Of a DNA stretch of 64,000 bases, positions 44,038 to 56,025 are shown piece after piece; within the stretch, counting starts at the first letter, position 1; every line of letters starts with the position of its first letter. The stretch lies in the NCBI RefSeq assembly GCF_009914755.1, contig NC_060931.1; one strand, given 5' to 3'. Under the pieces are notes generated by a model. That model worked only from the letters and a program-made list of their open reading frames with translations, was not told where the DNA came from and did no database searches. The position numbers and the translations under genes were made by a program. The stretch is from the human T2T-CHM13v2.0 reference genome, Homo sapiens.

Positions 44038-44066
44038 ACACACACACACACACAAACACACACACT
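44038..44066. repeat. (CA)n microsatellite, interrupted
   Basis: Directly visible. Confidence 0.9.
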
Positions 44067-45581
44067 TTTTTAAATATCAGATTGATCCTTAGCCTGAAAT
44101 CCCTCTCTATTCTCCTACCTTTGTGATCAGACTCAGACCTCAGGTAAGACAAAGGGATCTTTTTGCCTGAACTAAAAATAATTGGAGCCTTTTGCTTAGG
44201 CTTTCCCCCTTGGCTTGTCATCTGATTATGGCCTTCAAGGTTGATCAATAAAAGGCATGAAGAGATAAACCCAAGGAAAAATATTTCCTCCTATAGCCTG
44301 GAACAGAGCTCGCCTGTGTCTTCTGCTCCTGTTTTCCTTGAGCCCATTTCCAAATGACCTTCTAAAGTTGGAGGAGAAAGGGCCAGATATAGTCATACCT
44401 CTTTTAAAAGAGAGAAAAATCAGCCTTCTCTTCATAACAGTCCCATGAGAAGGGAAATGCGGAATCAATCCGAAGGGAAAACATGATCCAAAGACTCACC
44501 AGAACATGATTTTCAAGCTGGGCTTCTGGAGGTCTGTAGATTTGTTATCAGATGTCTGGAAGTTTTCTACAAGATGTCTGGAGTTGTGCCCTTAGTTTTA
44601 TTTTTATATCAACTATAATCTAAAATAAACTAATATAAACATAATCTAGATTTCTTTGCTGATAATTTTATAACTAAGTATTCCACACTATTTTATCACT
44701 GCATTTCTGCTTATATATATACAAAGCTATTAGCTCAAAGTTATTGCTTAAGTGATGTTATTTCAAAGACAATGCAATTGTTCTCGAACTATGTTTTACT
44801 GAGCCTCACAAGACCAAGGTGTCCGAACCTCTTCAGTGTAAGTAACACCACTATAGTGTATGATCCCTAGTCTGGTTCTATTTACAATCTCACTGTTCCT
44901 ACTCTAGAAGGTCTATTCCCATGGCATCATGACCTGATTGTGACCTTGGGACCCAGGTTGTCCTTGATTAATATTACAGGCCCCCTTTCTTGATAGTGTT
45001 GAACAGAAATGGGAGTGAGGTGGGGAGGGGAATAAAGAAAGTGAGAGGTTACTGCTAGAGTTTAGAATGTCTAACCATATTGTTTAATGACTTAACTCAA
45101 GGTCTTAAATAAACAAATGTTATTTGAGAGTACATTTGGACTGCTCCATTTGAATCTAATGGCACCTTTAAACTGACTCCCAACACTAGGTTTTCTACTC
45201 TATATAAATAAAATATTTTTCCTGCTGCCCATCTTATTAAAAGCAAAGAAACAAAAATAATGCATCATCTTATTAACTGGCCAGTAGTGGTCAGCAAGGC
45301 AGAGGCAATATAAACCTTGCTTCTCACACCCCTTACTACTCAGCAAGTTAAGTGTACAAGTGCATACATCCCCATAATAAATGTAATGACATGTGAATTT
45401 ACTTTCTTACCTCATCAAAACATCCACATCAAAATATGCACCTAATAAGAAAGAAGTGAAAACAAAACTAATCTATCAGTTTATCAACTATAGAAAAATG
45501 ACTTCAATGTGCCACAGAAGTCTTCCATTTAAAAAAAGCCAATAGTATGCAAACATATGCATAAATAAGCTTCTACATAAT

Positions 45582-45705
45582 TGACACTCAAGGTATGGTC
45601 CAAGGACCAGCATCTGGAACTTGTTAACAGTGCAAATTCTCAGACCCCACCCAAGAGCTACTGAATCATTAGCAAGCTCCCCAAGCTAATGTTTGAGAAG
45701 CAGTG
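45582..45705. mobile_element. MER5A (hAT) fragment
   Basis: 'gaacttgttaacagtgcaaattctcagaccccaccc...ctactgaatca...gtttgagaagcagtg'. Confidence 0.7.
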
Positions 45706-46219
45706 TTCTGCATGGATGACAGCTGATGCATATTAGCATGTTGAAAGAATACACACATAGATATACAGAGAGATATACAACACAGGTAGAGAAATAATTC
45801 ACATAGTCATAACTCAGAATTTTAACTCAGTGCATCAAGTGACATGTGAAAGTTCTTAATCCTTCTTTGCTATGCCATCTCTACTCCCTGTTTGGCTATG
45901 GTAGAGCATATTGCAATGGCTTTATTTCCCCCATTTTGGTTATTTTAGAAGTTAGATTGAATGCTGAGATAAAAGATTTCCTACATTTCTAAAGAATGCC
46001 CAGCAGGGTACATGACACATGATTAGATTTTTAATGACCAAATTGTGTGAATTAAAATCTATCTCTATAAATGGAAATGGCAGACCTGCTAAGTAATAAG
46101 CCATTTTGGAAAAGTTAAATCCATGCAATGTTGGTTCTAAGTGAAATCTTGTAAACCATCATCTTCTCAGAAGCTACTAGTCTCTGAACTTAAAAATATA
46201 AATAGGGAGAAATTTTCAA

Positions 46220-46533
46220 GGCTGGGCACAGTGGCTGATGCCAGTAATTCCAACACGCTGGGAGGCCAAGGCAAGTGGATATCTTGAGGCCAGGAGTTTG
46301 AGACCAGCATAGGCAACGTGGTGAAACCCCATCTCTACAAAAAGTACGAAAAATTAGCCAGGTATGGTGATGCACACCGGTAGTTCCAGCTGCCCAGGAG
46401 ACTGAGGTGGGAGGATCACCTGAGCCTGAAGAAGTCAAGGCTGAAGTGAGCTGTGATTGCACCACTGCACTCCAGCCTGGGTCACAGAGTGAAGCCTTGT
46501 CTCAAAAAAAAAAAAAAAAAGAAAAGAAAAAAG
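46220..46533 (+). mobile_element. AluJ, full length
   Basis: 'gaggtgggaggatcacctgagcct...gtgagctgtgattgcaccactg'; TSD AGAAATTTTCAA / AGAAAATTTTCAA. Confidence 0.95.
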
Positions 46534-47292
46534 AAAATTTTCAAAATGAATGTATCCAACTCTCCAAGCTTTTTCCCCTTGCTGCCTGTGTATTGCCAAA
46601 AACATCTCTAGTTTTTTTTTTCCCAATACCATTGATTGTTCCAAATTAGCTTACAATTCAAGTTTGAATTTTGACAATCTTGCCCAGGTGAATGGCTGGT
46701 TTGCTAAGTCTCATCAAATCCAATCTGCTGGAGAAAGAAAAGACAGAAAATAATTCATGTCATACATTGTACACCAACATCAGATATTCCTTTGTCATTA
46801 AGTCTTTTCACTCTGTAGTTACCTTTCTAAAAACACAAAATTGTTAGTGTTCTATGATATTGCTGCTGGTATTTCACTTTAGCTATAATTCTTCCATGAA
46901 ATGGGCAATGCTCCCAGAATCCACTAACCCGTTTATTTTGGACAATCAACTAGAAATTTGAAATATCTTTCTGCACTACATCATGAAGGTTAAAAACTGT
47001 AACAGATATATTTTACTACATGAATATAATTGGAAACTTTTAAAAAGTTTATGATTAATTCTAATGAATATGTGGCAAAAGTTGGTAACTAAGCAAACAT
47101 TACACTAAATCTTCATGTTTCTTCATAGAGTGCTTTCTTCAAATTAATCAAAATCATAAATATATGAGACCTAAAGAAATCCAACTATAATTAATTTTAA
47201 CACTGGAACAGCTAATAGCAAAAAAATATGCTAATGAAAACTAAATAAAATGATATTTCCTCTTCAAATAGTCAATAAAACATGTGCATAGT

Positions 47293-47670
47293 TGATATGG
47301 TTTGGCTGTGTCCCCACCCAAATCTCATCTTGAATTGTAGTTCCAGTAATCCCCACATGTCATGCAAGGGACCCGGTGGGAGGTAATTGAATCATGAAGG
47401 CACTTTCCCCCATGCTTCTGTTCTCGTGATAGTGAGTGAGTTCTCATGAGATCTGATGGCTTTAAAAGGGGCTTGCACCTCTTTTGCTTATACTTCTCCT
47501 TGCTGCTGTCATGTGAAGAAGGATGTGTTTGTTTCCCCTTCTGCCATGATTGTAAGTTTCCTGAGGCCTCCCCAGCCATGCTGATCTGTGGGTCAATTAA
47601 ACTTCTTTCCTTTATAAATTACCCAGTCTCGGGTATATCTTTATTAGCAGCATGAGAATGGGCTAATACA
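47293..47670 (+). mobile_element. THE1 solo LTR
   Basis: tgatatggtttggctgtgtccccacccaaatctcatcttgaattgtag...gctaataca; TSD ATAGT/ATAAT. Confidence 0.95.
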
Positions 47671-47924
47671 ATAATCTTGACACATTATGAATAACCAGGC
47701 AATATTTTGAAATAGAAGACATGGGCATTATCTGTATATCTCTGTCATTGAGAGTCAGAAATATTTTTCTTCTTTATCAAAGACTGCAGATTTGAGGCTC
47801 ATGCAATCATTGCAGCACCCTATGGACAGTCTTTAAGCAATCAAGAAACACATGCCGTAGAAAATTATCCAACATCCTCATGTCTAGGGCAATCATTCAT
47901 TCCTAACAGGACTGAAAAAGAGAA

Positions 47925-48330
47925 ACTAGCATTTATGGAGTGCCTACTATATACCAAAAGTATATAGTATCTACTATATACTTTTACATACCCTATTTCA
48001 TAAATAGAATCCTCACAAAACTTTGGGAGAGAGGTCCTACCAGTCCCATTTTTACTGCTATCTGAGAAGAGATCCAAGATGACATTGTCAAGATCTGGCC
48101 AAAATGTGCCACTAGTGGAATCTGAATCCTGACATATTTTACACTAAAGGCCACTCTCTTAAATTCATGAAAATCCTATAAGCTAGGTACAATTTTATCT
48201 TTATTTTAGACATGAGGAAAATGAGGCACGTAAGGTCCAAGGTTGCAGAGCCAGGAAGTGAGAGAGCCAGAATTAGAATTCAGCCTGCCTGTAGAGTTCA
48301 TGGTATTAACCATGATGTCATCCTGCCCAG
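47925..48330 (-). mobile_element. Two tandem MIR fragments
   Basis: 'agcatttatggagtgcctactat...cccatttttac' and 'attttagacatgaggaaaatgaggcac...tccaaggttgcagagcca'. Confidence 0.7.
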
Positions 48331-49128
48331 CCAGACTTTTGGTTCACAGCAGCATCCTGAGCAGGATATGTATAAGCTTTTGACCCATCCTATGGGCCCA
48401 TTGAGATAATATTACTCATTATAAGTTGTTCTTGCTATTTTAGCTATGGTAACTACTATTGGATAAAAACTTAAAAATAAATAAAAATATAATGCTTAAA
48501 ATTACAATAGAAACTACCAAAAGTACAAAAATCAGAAACTTAAAAGTTGTGGTTTCTAAGGAGTGGGATTTGTACCCCGTGAAAGAGAATGGTAAAATTT
48601 ACTTTTTATTTTACAGAATTTGAACTTTTTGTTACTATGTATATTTTTATATCTATATTTTTTCATTTAGAGGAAAAAATTAAAGGAAGAAAATACAAAA
48701 GAAGAACATAGAAGAATGAAAAAAGAAATAAGCATGCATCAAATTCCACACAATAGAATACTGTGCAGCTGTACAAAATATGGGGGCAGATTCATTGTCA
48801 TGCTATGGAAAAGGTCTCTAAAACATATTGCTAAATAAAAAATAATCCTGGTACAAAACAATATATGTAATACAGAGTTACTCGTGTAATACAAAATTGT
48901 ATACATTTGCATATCCCTAGAAAAATATGGAGGACACTTTCCAAATCTAAGACTCCTGTGAGGGGTAGAATTGGGGCTGGATAGAATCAGAGAGAAGGAT
49001 TTGACTTACTACTTATTTGATGTGAATGTCTGTATACTGTTAGACTCTATACTGTATACTTCTCTACTAATTTTTACAATAAACTTATTTTTTGTATAGT
49101 TAAAAACTTTAAAAATTAATAAAGACAC

Positions 49129-49532
49129 TGTGTCAATTAGGTCTCTTGGAAAGCCAACATCGAGAGAGTTAGGGGTGCAAATGGTTTAGTGGAGGATAAA
49201 GCTGGGGAAAGACAAATGTGGAGGGAGCATAACTGGTCAGGGGAAGGCTTCCCACCTGCAGGCAGTTCTCCTACCAGTGACAGGAAAGGAGGAGGAAGTG
49301 GGCTTAGGCAAGGCAGCCTCAGACGATGATGCAGATCTGCCAGAGGCACGGCCAACCCAATGGGAGCTCCAGAGCACACACTGTCTGAGGGCTGCCTGAG
49401 AAAAGTGTGAAGATGGCTGGGAAGCAAGGTAGATCCGAAGGTGCTAGCAGCTGGAGGTTGTCATCTGTCTTGCAGCTGAACAGCCAATACTTTCTCCAAG
49501 GTGCACAGCAGTGCACCTTCCTAGCGGCCACA
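49129..49532 (-). mobile_element. LTR40-type ERVL solo LTR
   Basis: 'gcagcctcagac...ggccaacccaatgggagctccagagc...gcagctggaggttgtc...gcggccaca' matches the recalled LTR40 in reverse. Confidence 0.65.
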
Positions 49533-50208
49533 GCATGGTATGCCCCTTAGAAGCTCACTGTCCAGAGTCTTGCCCCACTCAGTGCTCCACAAGCAGGCAG
49601 CCAGAACAAGCATCTAACAGACACACTGTCTCAGGTGTATGTTAGTGCAGGTCGCGCCACCCTGGGGCTGCTTCCAAGGGTGCTTCCTTCAGCTTAGGCT
49701 TCCTTTCTCTACAAGGAGGAAATTGAAACCATTTGTGAAAGAGCATTTCCTTTTCAGAGTCTTATCCTAGTACCTCCGAGAACTCTGTGAGTCTGTTCAT
49801 AGACGGGGAGGGAGCAGGAGAAAAGGCTGAGGGCTTTTTAATACCTGGGACAAAAGAATCTTTCCCTTAAAATAAAAAATGCCTAAAAATTCTAAATTAA
49901 AACTCCAGTACCTGTGCAGTATAACGTACTCAGTTTTCAAAACTCTCTGACAGATAAAGATGATGAAAACTCATTAGATAGATTCTCATGACCTATCTCT
50001 CTCTGAAAGATTACACCTGGATTTTTTGTTCTTCACAACTTAGTGAAGAATAACAAATTCAGAAACATTTTCTCATTCCCATTACTCAACACATAGATCA
50101 GAGACCTTTATTTAGCTACAAATTTTTATGAATCAATGTTTCCATTTATCTCTGCATGATGTAATCAAAGTTTACTGAGTCCTTTTCACCCAGAGGAAAA
50201 AAAGAAAA

Positions 50209-50385
50209 GAAGAAGAAGAAGAAGAAGAAGAAGAAGAAGAAGAAGAAGAAGAAGAAGAAGAAGAAGAAGAAGAAGAAGAAGAAGAAGAAGAAGAAGAAGA
50301 AGAAGAAGAAGAAGAAGAAGAAGAAGAAGAAGAAGAAGAAGAAGAAGAAGAAGAAGAAGAAGAAGAAGAAGAAGAAGAAGAAGAA
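50209..50385 (+). repeat. Pure (GAA)59 trinucleotide repeat
   Basis: 177 bp, 59 uninterrupted GAA units counted; preceded by GGAAAAAAAGAAAA. Confidence 0.99.
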
Positions 50386-51008
50386 CCCTTTCTCTTGCTT
50401 TTAGTAAATGGGGTCTTAATTCCTGGTGTGAGATCTTGTCTTGACTCTACCTCGCAATTCAGCTTGACAGGGATGCTTCTTCAAGAGAAATCAGAAGTGT
50501 GCTCATTCTGGCCCACAAATAAGAATGGCTTTCTTTTTCATAAAAACATATCTATCTATTAATTTTATAAACTTAGTATATTATGTGTCTTGTCATAATT
50601 TCTAGTCTTATGATTTCATTTTGATTCTAATTTGAGAGAGAGAGAGAACTTATATTAACCAAAGGTTGCCAGACAATACAGTGACCCAAAACTTTATCTT
50701 CCTGAAATAATGTGCATGCAATAAGTTTCTTCCATTCTCTTAACACAGGTAGATGGTGTTCCACCTCTGCAGTGTAGATCCTTTATGTAAAATGATGGGC
50801 TTTGGACTGGGGTTGCCTCTCAAGAGTGATGTGACAAATGAACACTTCTCTTAGGAAAAAAAGAAAAAGAAAGAAAGCATATACTTCCCCAAGATAACAG
50901 TGCTTAGTCATTCAGCAAGTATTTACTGGGTCCTTACTATCTGCCAGGAAACGTTCTAAGAGCTAAGGATAAAGCAATGAATAAAACAGATGAAAAATTC
51001 CACTCTTA

Positions 51009-52249
51009 CACCAAAGGCATCATCCATGAAAGAAAAAATTGAATGAAGTTGGACATTATTAAAATTAAAAACTTCTACTCTGTGAAAGACATTGTTCAGA
51101 GAATAAAAAGACAAGCCGCAGACTGGCAGAAAATCTTTGCAAAACACGTATCCATTAAAAGACTGTTCTCCAAAATACACAAAGAACTCTTAAAACTGCA
51201 CAATAAAAAACAAATAACTCAATTTAAAAAATGGGTCAAAGACATCAACAGACACCTCACCAAAGAAGATCCACAGATGGCAAATAAGCATGAAAAGATG
51301 CCCAACGTTACATCCCATTAGGGAACTGTAAATTACAACAACAATGAGATACCACTACATATTGGAATGGACAGAATCCAGAATGCTGACAGCACCAAAT
51401 GCTGGTGAGGATGTGGAGCAACAGGAACTTTCATTCATTGTTGGCGGGAATGCAACATGACACAGCCACTTTGGAAGACAGTTTGTCAGTTTCTTACAAA
51501 AATAAACATAATTTTACCCCACAATCCAGCAATTATGGCTTTTGTTATTTACCCAAATGAATTGAAAACATATGTCCATAAAAAAACCTGTACATAAAGT
51601 GTGATAGCAACATTATTCATAATTTCCAAAACTTTCTAAAGCAAACATGATGTCCTTCAGTAGGTGAATGGATGAGCAAACTGTGGTACATCTAGACAAA
51701 GAAATATTAGTCTGCACTAAAAAGAAGAAATGAACTATCGAGCCACAAAAAGACATGGAGGAAACTTAACTGCATATTGCTAGGTGAAAAAAAAATCCAA
51801 TTTGAAAAGACTACATGCTTTATGATTCCAACTGTATAACATTCTGAAAAAGGCAAAACTATGGAGAAAGTTAAAGAGATCAGCGGTTGCTAGGGGGTTA
51901 ATTCAGTAGAGGAACAGAGGGAGGAATCAAGAGGGCAAGCACAAGGGATTTTAAGGGCAGTGAAACTATTCTGTATGATACCCTAATGGTGGATGCATGT
52001 CACACTACATTTGTCAAAACCCATAGACTGTACAACACAAAGAATAATCCTAACATAAACTATGAACTTTAGTTAATAATAATGTATCAATATTCAATTA
52101 TCAATGGTAACAAATAAACCACACTTACCACAGGATGTGAATACAGGAGAAACAGTGTTGAGGGAGGGAGGAGAGAGAATATATACTTGCCACTCAAATT
52201 TTTGTATGCCTAAAACTATTTTGAAAAATAAATCTATTAATTAAAAAAA
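51009..52249 (+). mobile_element. 5'-truncated L1 (L1MC-like) with ORF2 C-terminal remnant
   Basis: ORF 51043-51321 (KIKNFYSVKDIVQRIKRQAADWQKIFA...) is L1 ORF2-like; 3' UTR and A-tail present; degenerate TSD AAAATTCCACTCTTA / AAAATGCTACTTTTA. Confidence 0.92.
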
Positions 52250-52770
52250 TGCTACTTTTATAAAACTTACAGTCCAGTGAGGGGGCGTGGAGGGAAGGGT
52301 GGAGGGAATCAGTAAATAAAGTAATGGGAATGAATGATATACCATGGTAAAAGGTGATAAGTGCTATGGAAAAAAATAAAACATGGAAGAGCTACAGGAG
52401 TACCCAGATACAAAGCAGCATTGCAACACCAAAAAGGGAGGTGAAGGAAGAGTTCACAGGCAAGTGAACATTCAAACACATTGAAGTCAGGGAATGAACC
52501 ATAGGATCACTGAAAAAATAATATTCCAGGCATGTGCTGAGAGTTGGAAGAAAAGCAAGTCAGTCACAGTGGCTGGAGTGGAGTGACCTAGAAGGTGTTA
52601 AGGTCAGAGAAGGTGCAAGGGAAGCAGGAGCCAGGATCTGCAACGTTTTGTAGACCATTACAACAGCTTTTACCCTGAGTAGGATAGGTAGTCATAAAAA
52701 GGCTTTGAGTGAAGGAATGATATGTTCTGATAGGATCACTGGGTTACCATGTTGAAAATAAACAGTATGG

Positions 52771-53111
52771 CGCCGGGTGTGGTGGCACATGCCTGTAATC
52801 CCAGCACTTTCGGAGGCCAAGGAGGGTGGATCACAAGGTCAGGAGTTCGAGACCAGCCTAGCCAATATGGTGAAACCCTGTCTCTACTAAAAATACAAAA
52901 ATTAGCCGGGCGTGGTGGCATGTGCCTGTAGTCCCAGCTACTCAGGAGGCTGAGGCAGGAGAATCACTTGAACCCAGGAAGCAGGGTTTCAGTGAGCCGA
53001 GATCACGCCACTGCACTCCAGCCTGGGCGACAGAGTGAGACTCCATCTCAAAAAAAAAAAAAAAGAAAAGAAAAAAAGAAACAAACAAAGAAAGAAAAGA
53101 AAAGAAAAAAA
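52771..53111 (+). mobile_element. AluS (Sg-like) with an A/GA-rich tail
   Basis: 'ggatcacaaggtcaggagttcgagaccagcc'; TSD GAAAATAAACAGTATGG / GAAAATAAGCAGTATGG. Confidence 0.96.
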
Positions 53112-53394
53112 GAAAATAAGCAGTATGGGGGAAAGGGTAGAAGCAAGGACCCCAGCAGGAGGTGTCACAGTAGCCCAGGCTAGAGGCAATGAATGTTTGG
53201 ACCAGGTTACAGCAGTGCAGGTGCAGAGAAATGCTCATAGTTCAGATATACTTCCATGAAGAGCTCACAGGGTTGCAGTACAGATGAGCTCCAAAGGGGG
53301 AGTCCCAAGCAGGGCAGAGGAGACTCCAGGTGGAGCCAGCTCTCTCCCAATGGTCACTTATCCCATGCAGCTGAGAAATCCTGGGCACCATGAA

Positions 53395-53600
53395 AGGAGC
53401 TGGGTCTGTGGAGTCAGACAGATCTGTGTTGAATGCTAGTTCCTCCACTAACCAGCTCCATGGTCGTGATTAATTTCCCTCACAGGTTTCTGGTTTCCTT
53501 ATCTAAAAATTGTAATGATACTTGCCTTACAGAAATGATGCGAGGGTGAAATAAATAATATCTAGTACATAGGAGGTACTCAAACAGTGGTAGTTTCCTC
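53395..53600 (+). mobile_element. MIR SINE
   Basis: 'tctgtggagtcagacagatctgtgttgaatgctagttcctccacta...tttccttatctaaaaatt'. Confidence 0.75.
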
Positions 53601-55169
53601 CACAGGAAGATTCCTGCTGTCAGCACCAACTCCTGCCCCAGGCATGAATGAGACACCATTGAAGCTGCAGCTCACACACACAGGTTATGAAGGGGCTGAC
53701 AACAAAGCCTTTTCCTATCACAATTGACCCAGCCACCACCACCGAGGAGTGCTCCCATGACAACAGCAGGGGACTGTCGAACCCTTCAAATGTCACCCAT
53801 GTGATTCCTGAGAGCCTCCTCTTTAGAGAGTGCCTTCTGCTGAGCATTCACATGGAACACAAATATCTTCATGCTTGGTGCCCATTCCAAGATGCCACCC
53901 ACATGCTTTTCTTCAAAAGCCTTCCTCGTCGCCATCCTCTCAGCTTGTTCTTTTCAAGTCCCTGGCTGCTCAGCCACACCAGCATGCTCAGCCACACCAG
54001 TTAACCATAAACAGTGTAGATACGTACCCCTCTGGCCTTCTCATCACCCAGGCAAAGTGAACAATAGGATGAAGTGTTCAACAGCATGGATCATTTCCCC
54101 TCCCCAAGGTCTTCAGGACACTCCTACTTGGATAATATTGTAGTCATCCCACTGCCAGCCAATACCAACATATTGTGCAGAACCATCTGTAGCCTAATGC
54201 CCAGATTTTTCTTCCTCAGTCAACTCTGTCCATGGGGTTGAGGGGTAAGAATAGGGAAGAGAGAGGCCCTTTCTCTTCTGTTCTCATGGCTGTTTCCTAC
54301 TTCCATGTTTAAGCTCCACCCTCAGGTCTCAGGCTAGCATACAGAGCTGTAGCAGTTTATACGACTTCACACTACATTTTCTGTTAGAGTATAGACTCTC
54401 TCTTCTCCCAACCAACAGTCAAACTTTCTGGCCTTCATTCTAATTTGTTGAACTCTATTTACTTCTCCTTTCTTGAACTAATCACTTTGATCATGAGAAA
54501 GTCAATCACTGATTGGCTTATTCTGAGTTACGTAACAATTTCTGAACTGGAAACTGGAGTCATTACAATGAAATTACATTGTTTGGCTAAGGCTGGTCCA
54601 GGTTCATCCTGAATTGATTGGTGGAGTAAATCCTACTGAAAGTTCTGACTGCTAAGCAACCAAAGAGAAACCTCGGTGCCATCAGGAAAGAGGGAGAAGA
54701 GAGTGAACAATAGACAAATAACCTACAAACATCCAACACTACCATCACTACCATTTCCATGTGTTCTAATGGATGGGATGAGGAAGAAGGAGATAGAATA
54801 AACCAAAAGGTCAAGAGAGAAGAAAAGAAAAAGGGAGTAAAAAATTATAAGAAACATCAGAGACGTATCTAATTTGCATCCACGCACTCAGATACAGGGG
54901 AAAATGAGATAGACAGACGAAAGAAAAATGAGGGAGGAACCACTGTCCTGAATTTCCAGTTTGCCTCCAAAAATGAAGATGATATGAACGTATGCTTATG
55001 CAAACTTAAGAGTGGGTTCCAAAAACTATTTTGGCCATAGTAGCTGTACAAAACCTTATGAAAACACTGGAAGTGCTGTTTGTTCTTCATCCCTCTGTGA
55101 AGCATTCCAATTATGTTTCCAATCTCTTTATCACAATTATGAATAGCTGTAGAGGACTCTAGATATTAC

Positions 55170-56025
55170 TGTGCATTTTGGGTTGCCCAAGAAATGGACC
55201 CTGACACAAGGCTTTGAATATAAACGGTTTATTTCACAGGTAATTCCAAAATGAAGAGAGGAGTGAATTAAATTTCTATTGTTGCCAAAACATCACACAT
55301 TTGCTGGCTTAAAACAAGACACATTTATTAATTTACAGTTCTTAGATCAGAAATCCAATGTTGACCTCACTGAGATAGGATGAAGGAGTAGGCAGCCCTT
55401 GCCTTTTCCAGCCTCTCAAGGCCACCTGCATCCCCTGGCTCATGGCCCCCTTCCTCCATCATCAAAGCCAACAACATTGCATCTCTCTCACCCTTTTTCC
55501 GTCATCTCTCTCACCAGCCAGAAAAGATTCTCAGCTTCCCAAGACCCATGACAGTAGATTGGGCCCACCTAGATAATCCAATATCCCTGTCTCAAGTTCC
55601 ATAACCTTAATCACATCTTCGAAGTCCCTTTTGCCATGTAAGCTAACAGACTCAGAAGTCCTGGAGACTAGGGTAGGGTCATCTTTGGGGGTTATTCTGC
55701 CTACCTCGGGGAGTATGGAAGTGAGACAGCAAAGAGAATGAAGCCCAAAGAGCATGCATTGATGGGCAGGTCGCTGCTGTAAGCACCTGGGGCTCAGTCC
55801 CCCCGGGGCATCCGGGAGATGGTGTCAAACTCATCTCAGAATTGTCCCACTCTAAAGCACAACATCTCTATCCATCATTGGCTGAGAGCCTCTCCTAGAG
55901 GCATCTCCTGAAAGCCCTCAGGCCAAGAGTTGTAGACACTTCCCAGAGGAAGCCAGCAGCACAGAGCGTGGGAACTGTGAGTGCTGAAGAAATCTCGGTG
56001 AGGTGCCAACAGCATCTGCTACACA
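55170..56025 (-). mobile_element. LTR16-type ERVL LTR interrupted by an MLT1 LTR (~55264-55707, also minus)
   Basis: 'gaccctgacacaaggctttgaatataaacggtttattt' then MLT1 'gctggcttaaaacaagacacatttatt...ttattctgcctacc', then LTR16 resumes at 'ggaagtgagacag...ctggggctcagtcc'. Confidence 0.7.

Larger units (their letters stand above)
43143..46727 (-). ncRNA. Candidate spliced, polyadenylated non-coding transcript, 3' part (exons 46727-46655, 45441-45411, 44619-44500, 43297-~43143)
   Basis: Minus-strand acceptors ttttctgtcttttctttctccag|, ttttcacttctttcttattag|, tttattttag|, ccttttcttggttttcaacag|; donors ATT|gtaagc, GAG|gtaaga, CTG|gtgagt; terminal AATAAA; stops in all frames. Predicted from motifs only. 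Confidence 0.45.
50905..53250 (-). mobile_element. L2 host element split by an L1 and an Alu
   Basis: 'tcattcagcaagtatttactgggtccttactatctgccagg' at ~50910; L2 sequence resumes at ~52260-52770 and ~53130-53250. Confidence 0.7.

Noticed and set aside
44101-44149. + strand 13-nt exon-like pattern (gatcag|ACTCAGACCTCAG|gtaaga)
   Set aside because: Isolated, not frame-preserving, no partner exons; shows that such motifs arise by chance and tempers the other exon calls
50209-50385. Identification as the FXN or FGF14 GAA locus
   Set aside because: Not embedded in an Alu (FXN), and the flanks do not match the FGF14 intron 1 flanks as I recall them
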